Assembly (NCBI GenBank): GCA_964521625.1
Contig: CAZFSM010000012.1
Location: 1,310 to 65,309 of the forward strand
Source: an uncultured Veillonellaceae bacterium
GTDB lineage: Bacteria; Bacillota; Negativicutes; UBA1444
Length of the DNA: 64,000 nt
Reading direction: 5' to 3'
This document shows positions 42,796 to 53,049 of this stretch, one piece after another. Both the position numbers and the translations under genes were made by a program. Under the pieces are notes generated by a model that was not told the origin of the DNA, did no database searches, and worked only from the letters and a program-made list of their open reading frames with translations. Position 1 is the first letter of the stretch. Every line of letters begins with the position of its first letter.

Positions 42796-44343
42796 TTATA
42801 TCACAAGCGTATGAATAGCAGCAGGAACCTGTTCTACCAGGTCCATCGCTGTCATGCCTACCGCCCGGCCTGCCGCAGCAAGATCGCCGGCCCGGCCATG
42901 CAGGTAGACGCCCAGTACGGCAGCGTCATGACTTGACAGGCCCTGTGCAATCAAAGCTGCAATCATCCCTGCCAGTACATCGCCAGTACCGCCTGTTGCC
43001 ATGCCAGGATTACCGCTGGGATTGACGTACAGTTCCCCATCGGGGAACGCCACCACGGTGCGGGACCCCTTCAATACGACAATGCTGTTCCACTCAGCAG
43101 CCGCCCGCCGTGCCGAGCCAAGCCGATCAGTCTGAATTTGCTTCACCGACAGTCCGGTCAACCTGGCCATTTCACCCGGATGCGGCGTCAGTATAGCCAA
43201 GCCGCCTGCGGCAGCCAAAATTTCGTTATGCCCGGCCAAAGCGTATAACGCATCGGCATCCAGCACCAACGGTCGGTCAATCGTCCGCACCAATTCCCGC
43301 ACCGTAGCCAAAGTTTCTTCATGCCGACCCAACCCGGGTCCAATCAGGACAACCGACGAACGAGCGGAAAAATCCTGAATCAGCTTCACTGCATCTGCAC
43401 CGAGACCGCCAGCCAAGGTTTCCGGCAATTCCAGCGTCATCGCCTCGGTCGTCTTCGTCTCCATCACCGTACGGATACTTTCCGGTACAGCAGTCGTGAC
43501 TAGTCCAGCGCCAGCCCGCAATGCGCCCTGCGCTGCCAGAAAGGCTGCTCCGCTAAGGCCCCGCGACCCAGCCACCGCCAGCACATGACCCATGTTTCCT
43601 TTGTGTGCATCCGCCTCCCGCCGCGGCATACGGCTCGCAACATACTCAGGCGTAATCAGCGTCTGACGGATCGTAGTTGCGGTCAATAATTCCCGGGGGA
43701 TGCCGATGGCTGCGACAACCACCTCGCCGGCGCAGGCTGCGCCGGGTTGCAGCAACAATCCCGGTTTGGGCAGACCAAAAGTGACAGTAGCGTTTGCCTG
43801 CACTGCCTTTTCACGGACCGCAGCCGTATCCACATCCACGCCGGAGGGAATGTCCACTGCCAGTATTTTTTTGCCGGAGCTATTCATCAATTCGATACTT
43901 TCCAGATAAATGGCGCTTAGTTCGCCATGCAAACCGGTTCCGGCCAGCGCATCAATCACAAGATCGGCAAAAGCAACGGCAATACGGGCTTTTTCCAGGC
44001 CACGCGGTTCCGTATGATCAAAACATTCAATTCCCATCCGCAACGCAGTTTCCAGATGAATTAGCGAATCGCCTTTGACGACTGTCCGATCCATCGCCAA
44101 AAACAGTTTAACCCGTGCCCCGTAGTTGTGCAACCAGCGGGCAGCGACAAAACCATCCCCGCCATTATTGCCGCGACCGCAGACTATGAAAACGATCTTG
44201 CCCCGCGGTTCGCCAAGCATGGCAACCGCCTTTTCGGCGACAGCCCGCCCGGCATTCTCCATCAGCACGATGCCCGGCAACCCAAACCATTCCATAGTAG
44301 ACTTGTCAATTTCCCGCATTTCTCGTCCAGTTGCGATTTTCAT
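42796..44343 (-). CDS. nnr: bifunctional NAD(P)H-hydrate epimerase / ADP-dependent dehydratase
   Basis: YjeF N-terminal domain (VCGRGNNGGDGFVAA) plus the C-terminal carbohydrate-kinase-like domain. Confidence 0.9.
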   Translation of the reverse strand: MKIATGREMREIDKSTMEWFGLPGIVLMENAGRAVAEKAVAMLGEPRGKIVFIVCGRGNNGGDGFVAARWLHNYGARVKLFLAMDRTVVKGDSLIHLETALRMGIECFDHTEPRGLEKARIAVAFADLVIDALAGTGLHGELSAIYLESIELMNSSGKKILAVDIPSGVDVDTAAVREKAVQANATVTFGLPKPGLLLQPGAACAGEVVVAAIGIPRELLTATTIRQTLITPEYVASRMPRREADAHKGNMGHVLAVAGSRGLSGAAFLAAQGALRAGAGLVTTAVPESIRTVMETKTTEAMTLELPETLAGGLGADAVKLIQDFSARSSVVLIGPGLGRHEETLATVRELVRTIDRPLVLDADALYALAGHNEILAAAGGLAILTPHPGEMARLTGLSVKQIQTDRLGSARRAAAEWNSIVVLKGSRTVVAFPDGELYVNPSGNPGMATGGTGDVLAGMIAALIAQGLSSHDAAVLGVYLHGRAGDLAAAGRAVGMTAMDLVEQVPAAIHTLVI

Positions 44344-44726
44344 GCCGGCTCACCTCTCCAAAGCAATACTTGGGCCGTTGCGAACTCCTGCGCATGCGAC
44401 AGCGAAACAAAGACCTGAGAAACGGCCAGTTTTTCGGCCAGCTGGCCAAATACCCCGGTCAAGGTCATGACCGGTTTGCCCTGCGCATCAGGCAACACTT
44501 CGATGTCCTGCCAGGTCCCGCCGCCGGCCAACCCTGTTCCCAGCGCTTTCATCACCGCTTCCTTGGCCGCGAACCGCGCTGCATAGGAGGCCGAATTTTG
44601 ACGTCCGCGACTGTCGCAGTATTCACGCTCCGCCGCGGTGAATATACGTTGCAAAAACAATGGGTTCTCAATCGCTTTTTTGATGCGATGAATTTCGATC
44701 AGATCAATGCCAATACCAACAACCAC
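44340..44726 (-). CDS. acpS: holo-[acyl-carrier-protein] synthase
   Basis: The true start is a GTG at 44726 (VVVGIGIDLIEIHRI) after GGGGGTGGG. The track ORF reads through upstream. Confidence 0.85.
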   Translation of the reverse strand: MVVGIGIDLIEIHRIKKAIENPLFLQRIFTAAEREYCDSRGRQNSASYAARFAAKEAVMKALGTGLAGGGTWQDIEVLPDAQGKPVMTLTGVFGQLAEKLAVSQVFVSLSHAQEFATAQVLLWRGEPA

Positions 44727-44742
44727 AGACCCACCCCCGGCT

Positions 44743-45540
44743 TCAAGCCAGAACGTATTTTTCGACCGCTGCCGCCACGCCATCCTCGGCATTGCCGAGT
44801 GTGACAAAATCCGCCGCCGCACGAACCTTGGCGTTTGCATTGCCCATAGCCACACCGACGCCGGCATATTCAATCATATCGAGATCATTCATCGAGTCGC
44901 CTATCGCCATAACTTCCTGTTGTCCAATCCCCAGCATTCCGGCCAGAAACGCCAGTGCCTGGCCTTTATTTACCCGGGCATCCACCATCTCCAGATAGCG
45001 CTTCTTGGACGACGCCAGATAAAGTCGGCCATTAAAACGAGTTGTCAATTCCGCAGCAATCCGGGCCAGCTCTTCCGGTTCACCCATGCTGAGCATTTTC
45101 GTCGGCGCCTCGTTCATGCAGTAAAACGCAGAGCCAAGCGGAATGGCCTCCACTTTGGCATAGTCGGCGTAAAACCGGGCGTTTTCATCCAACTCCGCAA
45201 CGTACAGTTGGTCATCGACATATTTTTGCAGATACCAGTTGCGTTCACAAAACAAATCCGCCAATCCCTGGGCCAATTCCGTGTCGATCGGACGATGGAA
45301 AACAGTTTCGCCAGACTGCAGCTGACGAATCAGTGCCCCGTTATATGTTATCATCGGCAGGTCCAGCTTTAGTTGCCGGGCAAATGGCAGCGCCGACTGA
45401 AACATCCGTCCGGTAGCAATAGTGACTGCCACGCCCGCCTGCATCGCCTTGCCGAGTGCATCGCAAGTACGAGGGCTTAACTGTTGCTGGTTATTCAGCA
45501 GCGTATCATCCAGATCGATTGCTATTAATTTAATCGCCAT
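44743..45540 (-). CDS. Cof-type HAD-IIB family hydrolase (sugar phosphatase)
   Basis: Probable start MAIKLIAIDLDDTLL (45540, after AGGAG); motif IV GDSMNDLDM. Confidence 0.8.
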   Translation of the reverse strand: MAIKLIAIDLDDTLLNNQQQLSPRTCDALGKAMQAGVAVTIATGRMFQSALPFARQLKLDLPMITYNGALIRQLQSGETVFHRPIDTELAQGLADLFCERNWYLQKYVDDQLYVAELDENARFYADYAKVEAIPLGSAFYCMNEAPTKMLSMGEPEELARIAAELTTRFNGRLYLASSKKRYLEMVDARVNKGQALAFLAGMLGIGQQEVMAIGDSMNDLDMIEYAGVGVAMGNANAKVRAAADFVTLGNAEDGVAAAVEKYVLA

Positions 45541-45575
45541 ATCTACTCCTATTATATCGGTGATTGCCACCAGTT

Positions 45576-46100
45576 TTATTTAGTTTCTTTCTGCTCCAGG
45601 CCCAACAGTTCCTGCTTGAGCGTCAGGCCGCCGCCAAATCCGGTCAGGCTGCCGTCCGATCCAATCACCCGATGGCAGGGAACCACAATCGGCGTCCGGT
45701 TCGCATGCATGGCGCCACCGACGGCCCGCGCCGCGCCCGATCGACCGACTGCCATTGCCACGCCGCCATAGGTCGCTACTTGTCCAGCAGGAATCGCCGC
45801 CGTAAACTGCAGCGCTTTCAAACGAAACTCGCTATAGCCGGACCAGTCGATTGGCACAGAAAACACGACCTGTTTGCCGCTGAAATAGTCCGCCAGTTCA
45901 GTGGTCAATGACTGTAACCAAGATTTTTGCAACGAATTCAGCGGCTCTTCCACCACTCCTGTCGTTGTCAGGTGCGTCAGTGCTTCCTGTTGCGTTGGAT
46001 AGGGAAAGGTCAATTCATATAATCCCTGCGCCGACCAAACCGAGGCCAGTATTCCACGCTTGATCTGAATCCAGACCAGTTTTTTCATCATTCGATTCAC
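45576..46100 (-). CDS. ogt: methylated-DNA--protein-cysteine methyltransferase
   Basis: Active site PCHRV and a C-terminal DNA-binding domain. Confidence 0.9.
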   Translation of the reverse strand: MNRMMKKLVWIQIKRGILASVWSAQGLYELTFPYPTQQEALTHLTTTGVVEEPLNSLQKSWLQSLTTELADYFSGKQVVFSVPIDWSGYSEFRLKALQFTAAIPAGQVATYGGVAMAVGRSGAARAVGGAMHANRTPIVVPCHRVIGSDGSLTGFGGGLTLKQELLGLEQKETK

Positions 46101-46891
46101 TCCTCCGGCAGATTGGCATTGGCCGCCTTCCAGGCTTCTTCACGGATCAGTTCCAGCACATCCCGCTTAATCGTCAAAAACTGTTCCGACAATTTCAGGT
46201 CGTAGGTGCGTTTCGTCGGCAAGTCAACTGCGATCCGGGCTTTGATCCGGCCGGGCCGGGCCGTCATGACATAAATAGTATCGCCGATGAACACGGCTTC
46301 CTCCACATCATGGGTGACAAACAAAATCGTCTTGTGAGACTCATCCCAGACCGACAGCAACAATTCCTGCATCACCGAACGGGTCTGCGCATCCAGGGCA
46401 CCAAACGGCTCATCCATCAGCAGCACTTCCGGATCGTTGGCCAACGCCCGGGCGATTGCCACCCGTTGCTTCATGCCGCCGGACAGCTTGCGGGGATAGG
46501 CTTTTTCAAACCCCTTCAGGCCGATCCGTTCAATGTAAAATTTCACTGCATCCTGTTGCTCCGTACGTGAACGCCCCGCAACATTCAGACCGAAGGCGAT
46601 ATTCTCTTCCACCGTCAGCCAGGGAAACAGCGTATACGCCTGAAACACCATGCCCCGGTCTTTGCCCGGTTCCCGGATTTCTTTACCGTCAAGCAGCACA
46701 CGCCCGCTCGAGGCTTCTTCCAGTCCGGCGATAATGCGCAGGATTGTCGATTTTCCGCAGCCAGACGGTCCCAAAATGGTGACAAATTCACTTTCGGCCA
46801 CACAAAAACTCGTGTTTTGCAAGGCGGTGACTGTGCCATTTTTTTCCGGAAATACTTTCGATACATCTTCAATACAAAGCTTGTTTTCCAT
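46097..46891 (-). CDS. ABC transporter ATP-binding protein (NitT/TauT: nitrate/sulfonate/bicarbonate family)
   Basis: The true start MENKLCIEDV at 46891 overlaps the permease stop as ATGA. Walker A GPSGCGKST, signature LSGGMKQR and Walker B LLMDEP. Confidence 0.9.
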   Translation of the reverse strand: MENKLCIEDVSKVFPEKNGTVTALQNTSFCVAESEFVTILGPSGCGKSTILRIIAGLEEASSGRVLLDGKEIREPGKDRGMVFQAYTLFPWLTVEENIAFGLNVAGRSRTEQQDAVKFYIERIGLKGFEKAYPRKLSGGMKQRVAIARALANDPEVLLMDEPFGALDAQTRSVMQELLLSVWDESHKTILFVTHDVEEAVFIGDTIYVMTARPGRIKARIAVDLPTKRTYDLKLSEQFLTIKRDVLELIREEAWKAANANLPEE

Positions 46892-47706
46892 CACGCGGCC
46901 CCTCCCTTGCCCATCCAGGGAAACAGCCGTCCATACAGCCATTTGAATACCAAATCGATAATGATGCCGATCACGCCAATCACCAGAATTCCCACGATGA
47001 TGTGGGCTGTTTTCAGGAATCGTTGCGACTGCATGATCATGTAACCCAGACCGGAACTGGCCGCCACAATCTCCGCCACCACCAGATAAGTCCAGGCCCA
47101 GCCGAACGTGATCCGCATTGTGTCCATGATTCCCGGCAGACTGGCCGGCAAAATGATCCGCCAAAATACACTTCGCTTAGAAACGCCCAGTGTATAAGAC
47201 GTGTCGATCAATTCCTGCGACACGTTTTTCGTCACATCCATCACCATCAGTGTCATCTGGAAAAAAGTGCCGAAGAAAATCACGGCAATCTTTTCCGTCT
47301 CGCCGATACCCAGCCAGAGAATGAACAGCGGAATAAAGGCCGAAGCGGGCATATAGCGGATAAAGCCGAGAAACGGTTCAAAAAAAGCTTCAAAAACTTT
47401 CAGACCGCCCATCATGATCCCCAGCGGCACCCCAATGACCGCCGCCATCATAAACCCTGCCGTGACCCGCACCACACTGGCAATAATATCCTGGGTCAAA
47501 TCAAACTCAGCAAACAATAATATCGCCGCTTTGACGATAGCATCCGGCGCCGGCAAAAATAGTGGCGGCACATATCCGCCATACGTCAAAAACGACCAGA
47601 TCACAAATAGAAGCAAAAATGCAGCCGCCGCCAATGTCCAGTACAAAGGCTTGGCAATATCCGCTTTTGCAGTAGCCCATTTCCTCATCGCCAATAAAAT
47701 CACCAT
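46891..47706 (-). CDS. ABC transporter permease (NitT/TauT family)
   Basis: Six TM helices and the EAA-like loop of BPD_transp_1. Confidence 0.85.
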   Translation of the reverse strand: MVILLAMRKWATAKADIAKPLYWTLAAAAFLLLFVIWSFLTYGGYVPPLFLPAPDAIVKAAILLFAEFDLTQDIIASVVRVTAGFMMAAVIGVPLGIMMGGLKVFEAFFEPFLGFIRYMPASAFIPLFILWLGIGETEKIAVIFFGTFFQMTLMVMDVTKNVSQELIDTSYTLGVSKRSVFWRIILPASLPGIMDTMRITFGWAWTYLVVAEIVAASSGLGYMIMQSQRFLKTAHIIVGILVIGVIGIIIDLVFKWLYGRLFPWMGKGGAA

Positions 47707-47719
47707 CCATCCAGAATCA

Positions 47720-49741
47720 TCACAGTTTCCAAGCCAATAGCAGTTCGGTTCCTTCGCTGTTGTAAATCATCCGGTGTGACAGCGACAACATCATCGGCAG
47801 TCCCCGCCCCATCGAAGCGTCTTCTCCGAATGAGAACATATCCTCTGGTTGAGAACGCAACCGCCGCAGAATTGCATTTCCTGCAAAACCAATTCTTGAC
47901 GTCTTTATTCTGACTACAAACAACTGACCCCGTTTGTTGAACCGCACTTGCGCCTTGTGCTGACGTGGATACCCGTCCCTGCATTCCAGCGCATTGACAA
48001 GAGCTTCATTCACGGCCACCTCTTGCATGGAGTGCTGCTGCCCGGTCACTTCTGCGATAATGTCTGCGACTTCCCTCTTTAAGCGTTGGTAATCGCCGTA
48101 GCTGATGAAATGGATAATGTAAGGCCAGCTTTTTCGACAGGGGGAAGCGCTTAGCAATGCTTTGACGTTGATACACAGTGCCGTCGCATCATCACGGCAT
48201 TCACCGGATTGAGCAAGAGATTTCAGCATTTGCACCATGTGCGTGAAACTTTCCAACGGAGCAATTTCTTTTTTCCCAACGATGTCGGAAAGGCCATCGG
48301 TCATGAAATAAAAGGAGTCCCCCGCTGAAAATTGCAAGGTATGCATTTCAAAAAATTCATTCTCACGGATGCTCAAAAACAAACCCTGTTTAGCTATACG
48401 CCCTTTATACGCAGCCGTCGATACCCAGAACTCCGGTATTCCGGCGCAAGACCAACGCAACTCTCCTGTTTGAATATCAAGCTCGAAAACCAATGCCCCC
48501 GCAAAGGAGCTGTCTTCAAAATATTCACATGTACGCCGGTTCAACCACCGCATCGTTTCTGCCAGCGGCAGATCGAGCTCGTTCACTTCCCTTAGTAGCA
48601 CATGAAGCGCCGCGGTATGGAGGGATGTACCCAGACCATGACCGCAGGCATCAACCAAAAACCCCCGCAGCACCTGTCCGCGATAACGCCAGTCTAAATA
48701 ATACAAGTCTCCACCGACGTAGGTCAAGGGATGATACATGATGGAAATATCAATCTGTTCCGAGGCCTGTGGATTGGCCAATAACGCCATCTGTACCCGC
48801 GTTGCCATCTGCGCATCCTGCTCCATTTGCTCTTCACGCCGCACTTCCTCGGACACATCACGCAAGACCATCATGAACAGTTGCCGATTGCGATAAAGGA
48901 CACGTTGTACGGATCTTTCGACGCTTACGGCGAAACCGTTTTTATGCATAAGCAACCTGCGTTGCAAAGGAACACTTTGAAGCGATTCCTCATCATCAGG
49001 ATTGGCTTCGTTCAGTTCTGTTTCATTGAGGAGCAAATTGTGCAAGATCAGTTCGGTATCCCGGAGCAAATCATAGCCAAAGCGCTCGGTAAAGCGCGCA
49101 TTAGCCTCGACGATCTTGCCGCTTAACGGTTCCACGAGCACGATGGCTTCGGGTGATTGCTCCATCACCGCCCGATATCTTGCTTCGCTTTCCTCCAAGG
49201 TTCTCATCGTCTGCAAAACTTCCTGTTCGGCCTTTCGCACGATGAAAGTCGGGAAAAAGAAGAGGCTGCCCGAAATCAACAGGCCCATCAAGAAAAAACC
49301 GGTCAGAAGCAAAGCCGTCGTATAAGTAATACTACCCAGTCCATATTCGAACACCACATAACCATAGAGTCGATTGTTGTAACGGATCGGTGTCTTCTCT
49401 TCAAACTGCAGTCCGAATGGTGAAGAAAATCGTTTTTCATAAATTAGCCTGGACTGCTCGTCGTAGATGCGGAACGCATCGACGCCTTCCTTATGACTGA
49501 TGCCGCCGGCAATTTCGACGAATTTTGGTACATCGTAATACCACAATTCCAAGTTTGACTTCACGGTCGGTTCCAGCGATTTTGCCAGAACTTCGCCGCG
49601 AATGGCAGCCTGATTCTTCTTATCCGCCAAACTCATATAAAAGTAAGTCGCAGGCAAAACAAAGCAGACGATACACCCTACTGAAATTGCAAGCAGGGCC
49701 ATTCGTCTGGCGAAACTGCGGGAAAAATTGATTGACTGCAT
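47720..49741 (-). CDS. transmembrane signalling protein: 2 TM + extracytoplasmic domain / PAS / PP2C (SpoIIE-type) phosphatase / RsbW-like HATPase serine kinase
   Basis: 673 aa. TM1 at residues about 14-34, an extracytoplasmic domain of roughly 110 aa, then TM2. PAS region (AVMEQSPEAIVLVEP), SpoIIE region (GGDLYYLDWRY...VDACGHG) and a C-terminal GHKL region (VNEALVNALECRDG...). Confidence 0.75.
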   Translation of the reverse strand: MQSINFSRSFARRMALLAISVGCIVCFVLPATYFYMSLADKKNQAAIRGEVLAKSLEPTVKSNLELWYYDVPKFVEIAGGISHKEGVDAFRIYDEQSRLIYEKRFSSPFGLQFEEKTPIRYNNRLYGYVVFEYGLGSITYTTALLLTGFFLMGLLISGSLFFFPTFIVRKAEQEVLQTMRTLEESEARYRAVMEQSPEAIVLVEPLSGKIVEANARFTERFGYDLLRDTELILHNLLLNETELNEANPDDEESLQSVPLQRRLLMHKNGFAVSVERSVQRVLYRNRQLFMMVLRDVSEEVRREEQMEQDAQMATRVQMALLANPQASEQIDISIMYHPLTYVGGDLYYLDWRYRGQVLRGFLVDACGHGLGTSLHTAALHVLLREVNELDLPLAETMRWLNRRTCEYFEDSSFAGALVFELDIQTGELRWSCAGIPEFWVSTAAYKGRIAKQGLFLSIRENEFFEMHTLQFSAGDSFYFMTDGLSDIVGKKEIAPLESFTHMVQMLKSLAQSGECRDDATALCINVKALLSASPCRKSWPYIIHFISYGDYQRLKREVADIIAEVTGQQHSMQEVAVNEALVNALECRDGYPRQHKAQVRFNKRGQLFVVRIKTSRIGFAGNAILRRLRSQPEDMFSFGEDASMGRGLPMMLSLSHRMIYNSEGTELLLAWKL

Positions 49742-49753
49742 CAGATCGACCGC

Positions 49754-50614
49754 CTATTCGGCGACAGGGACCGCACCCATCGCTGCAATAATTGCTTTTC
49801 CGTCTTTGGATTTCACGTACTCAACGAAATGTTTTGCTCGATCAGTAAGGATTCCTTTATAGGCAAACGACAGTTCTTTTGAAAAAGGATAGGTACCGTT
49901 GGCGATGTTTGCCGGGTCAGGTGAAACGCTATTGATCCGTAGCGGTTTCAATGTATTTTTGTGCTGCAGTGTTTCAGTCGTGTCAGTAAGACCGACTGAC
50001 CAGGCAGTATTTAATATCGCCCGGGGCACTTCCGCATCTTTGTAAGCGATTTGCCAGCGCTTTTCATCGATGGAACGGAAAATCGCGTCCTTCCAGCCAG
50101 GAATCAGCTGATATAGAACCTGATTCGAACTGTCATGTTTTTCCCGGATGATTACAAAGATAGGTTTTCCGTTGCTCCAGGTGTTCTTTATTCCCTGATG
50201 TATTTTCAGTAGCTCTTCCGCTGTCATATTAGAATCCGAGACGGCGACAGGAGTAGCAAATACGATGCCAACTTTCGCGTAAGGAATGGTCTTAAGCCCT
50301 TTTTCAATCTCACTGGGCGTAAGGGGGCGCGAAATCAATCCCAGTTCGAGAGCTCCGGAGTCGAGTGCAATCGTAGCTCCGTCCGTTCCGATGCTGGGCG
50401 GGATTTCGACGGCGAGACCAAATTTTGTTTGATACGCTTCAGCAAGTTTCATTGTGACAGGCAAATTGGTTCCCGAACCGGCAACCACGAAACGGTCGGT
50501 TGAAAAGGTTCTTGCGGCGGATGGCTGCGCAGGTTTCGACTGGTTGGTTGTGCAGCCGGCGAGGCTAATCAGCAAAAAGGCCAAGCTGCAAATCGTTATC
50601 CTTCGCCCGAACAT
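49754..50614 (-). CDS. PstS-like (PBP_like_2) periplasmic binding lipoprotein
   Basis: Lipobox LAGC. The AGSGTNL and ISRPLTPSE motifs are characteristic of the phosphate-binding-protein fold. Confidence 0.65.
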   Translation of the reverse strand: MFGRRITICSLAFLLISLAGCTTNQSKPAQPSAARTFSTDRFVVAGSGTNLPVTMKLAEAYQTKFGLAVEIPPSIGTDGATIALDSGALELGLISRPLTPSEIEKGLKTIPYAKVGIVFATPVAVSDSNMTAEELLKIHQGIKNTWSNGKPIFVIIREKHDSSNQVLYQLIPGWKDAIFRSIDEKRWQIAYKDAEVPRAILNTAWSVGLTDTTETLQHKNTLKPLRINSVSPDPANIANGTYPFSKELSFAYKGILTDRAKHFVEYVKSKDGKAIIAAMGAVPVAE

Positions 50615-50728
50615 AATTTCCCCTTCTTCCTTTACATAATCCGGTTAGGAAGTATCTGGATGTTTACAGCAACATTCTACCATTATGCGCACTGCGTATC
50701 CAGCAAGTTTAAAATATGACAGACAAAA

Positions 50729-50779
50729 TAAAAAAGGACTGTGAAAACGGCATCAGACGCCTCTTCCACAGCCCCTCCG
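50729..50779 (-). terminator. intrinsic terminator or attenuator between the substrate-binding gene and the PstS-like gene
   Basis: On the minus strand GGGCTGTG...CACAGTCC hairpin followed by TTTTTTATTTTG. Confidence 0.45.
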
Positions 50780-50791
50780 CTGTTTATCGTC

Positions 50792-51811
50792 TTATTTTAT
50801 CTTGTTGATAAAAGTGCTGTCAAATACTTTGGAAGTATCTGGAACTTTGTCGAGGATTTTTTGTCCGACATAGAACTCGCCGGCAATCTTGGCCACATCC
50901 TGCAAGGCGCCTGGTTTTTCCGCAGTACCAAAAAGAGCGACATTGTCCTTTAGATTATAAAACTGGATGGTTTTATTCCCTTCAAGTGTTTCTTCCGGTT
51001 TTTCCTTCAGTACGGTCGCCATAATTTTGGCGGCTTCTGCCGGATTTTTCTGGATAAACTCAGTTGCTTCGGCCATAGCGGCAACCAGCGCCTGCACTTT
51101 GTCCGGGCTGTTCTTGACGAAATCTTCATGCAGGGCCAGGACGTCGGCGATCAAAGCCGGAGTATCTTTAGTGGTGGACAGAATAATGTTGCCTGCTGCG
51201 GCAGCTTTGGTCAGATGTGGTTCCCAGGTCACGGCGGCAGGAACTTTTCCGGCCATCAATGCGCTGGCAGCTTCACTGGCTTTCATTTCAACCGCTTTGA
51301 CATCCGCATCTTTCATGCCGGCGTTCTTCAAGAGTGTAGTCAGGTACAGGTGGGAAGCAGAGCCTTTGTGATAGGCTATTTCTTTTCCTTTGAGATCTGC
51401 AATCGATTTGATGCCGCTGGCTTTGGTGACAAGCAATCCATCAGCGCCGGCTGAAGCGTCAAACGCCCAGACGAACTTGAGTGGCACACCCTGTCCGAGA
51501 GCCGCGATCGAAACGTCTACCGAGGCGGCCATCCCTTGAATTTTTTTGGCGACAATCGCCTGTTTGCGAGCGCCGACATCTTCGATCGACTGGATTTGCA
51601 CGTCGAGCCCTTTAGCCTTGAACATACCTTTTTCAGCGGCAATGAACAATGCGCCATAGCCATTCCATGGAGTATAGGCAATAATAATCGGTTCTGCCTT
51701 GGCGGCCGGCTGAGCCGGTTGTGCAGGTTTGGCCGGTTCGGTTTTGCCGCAGCCTGCCACAACTACGACCAGCATCAGGATTGCCAATACAAGAGCTATT
51801 TTTTTGTTCAC
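50792..51811 (-). CDS. ABC transporter substrate-binding lipoprotein (NMT1/SsuA/TauA family)
   Basis: Lipobox VAGC and an NMT1-like periplasmic binding fold (IAYTPWNGYGALFIA...). Confidence 0.85.
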   Translation of the reverse strand: MNKKIALVLAILMLVVVVAGCGKTEPAKPAQPAQPAAKAEPIIIAYTPWNGYGALFIAAEKGMFKAKGLDVQIQSIEDVGARKQAIVAKKIQGMAASVDVSIAALGQGVPLKFVWAFDASAGADGLLVTKASGIKSIADLKGKEIAYHKGSASHLYLTTLLKNAGMKDADVKAVEMKASEAASALMAGKVPAAVTWEPHLTKAAAAGNIILSTTKDTPALIADVLALHEDFVKNSPDKVQALVAAMAEATEFIQKNPAEAAKIMATVLKEKPEETLEGNKTIQFYNLKDNVALFGTAEKPGALQDVAKIAGEFYVGQKILDKVPDTSKVFDSTFINKIK

Positions 51812-51872
51812 GTTCTCACCTTTTCTTTCTTTATTGTACTAAAGCACAGAATTATTAATTCGCGTTTATTTT

Positions 51873-52997
51873 TTATTCTCCTGCTGTTGCTGAAACTTTT
51901 TCCAGAACATCGATCAGTGCGGAATTCTGTTCATGGGTGCCGAGAGAAATCCGCAGGAACGTCGGATAGCCCCAACCGGCGCCGGCCCGAATAATGATGC
52001 CTGCGTCCCGGGCGGCATCCGCCAGTGGCGCTGCCTGCCTGCCTGTGTCGACAAACACGAAATTGGTCTGTGACGGAAACACCCGCCAGCCAAGGTTGGT
52101 TAGGTGCTGGCTGAGCCCTGCCCGCTCCGCCGCATTCCGCTCCGCCGAAACCCGGACAAATTCCTGGTCGTCCAGCGCCGCCATCGCACCAAACTGGGCC
52201 AGCGTATTCACGTTGAACAAGGGGCGGACCCGTTGCACCAAAGCAACAATATCCGGACTGGCGATCGCATAGCCGACGCGCATGCCGGCCAATCCGTAGA
52301 TTTTGGAAAAAGTCCGGATGACAGCCACATTGGGGTACTCCGCCAGCAAAGCTAGGCCGGAGATGAAATCGGGCGTCTCGACATAATCAAAATAGGCCTC
52401 ATCCAATCCGACAATGATATGGGGAGGAACGGCCGCCAGAAATTCTCTCAGTTCATTGCCCGCCACCACGACACCGGTGGGATTGTTGGGATTGCAGAGG
52501 AAAATGATCTTGGTCCGTGCCGTGACTGCGGCCAGCATCGCCGGCAAATCAGCCCGTAAATCATCGCTACGAACCGGCACTTTTACCGGAACGCCGTCCA
52601 TGATGGTCGTGGCATTGGCGTACTGGCCGAAAGTCGGCCATGGCATAATCACTTCATCGCCAGGTGATACAAACGCATTGACCAACAGAGCGATCGCCTC
52701 GTCGCCACCGTTGCCGATATATACATGGTCCAGAGATACGCTATGCTTGTCGGCAATTTTCTGCCGCAGTTCCTTCGCCTCCATGTCGTGGTAGAGATGA
52801 ACCTGACATGCGGCTTGCTGCATTGCCCGCACCGCCAGCGGCGACGGTCCATAGGGGCTTTCGTTGAAAGACAGTTTTGCGACTTCATCGCGGGCAAGCA
52901 ATTTGCAAAGTTCAACCGGCGTTCGATCCGGCCAACCTGGCATATAGGGCTTGATTGTCTGCACCACCGGGCGCGGCGTTGTCTGTTTCTTATTCAC
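51873..52997 (-). CDS. histidinol-phosphate aminotransferase family (class II PLP-dependent aminotransferase, HisC/CobD-like)
   Basis: 374 aa. LSFNESPYGPSP and the PLP lysine region TFSKIYGLAGMRVGY. Confidence 0.8.
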   Translation of the reverse strand: MNKKQTTPRPVVQTIKPYMPGWPDRTPVELCKLLARDEVAKLSFNESPYGPSPLAVRAMQQAACQVHLYHDMEAKELRQKIADKHSVSLDHVYIGNGGDEAIALLVNAFVSPGDEVIMPWPTFGQYANATTIMDGVPVKVPVRSDDLRADLPAMLAAVTARTKIIFLCNPNNPTGVVVAGNELREFLAAVPPHIIVGLDEAYFDYVETPDFISGLALLAEYPNVAVIRTFSKIYGLAGMRVGYAIASPDIVALVQRVRPLFNVNTLAQFGAMAALDDQEFVRVSAERNAAERAGLSQHLTNLGWRVFPSQTNFVFVDTGRQAAPLADAARDAGIIIRAGAGWGYPTFLRISLGTHEQNSALIDVLEKVSATAGE

Positions 52998-53049
52998 GGC
53001 ACTATTCCTCCATCAGAAAAAATTACGTTAAAATTGTACCATATTAAAG

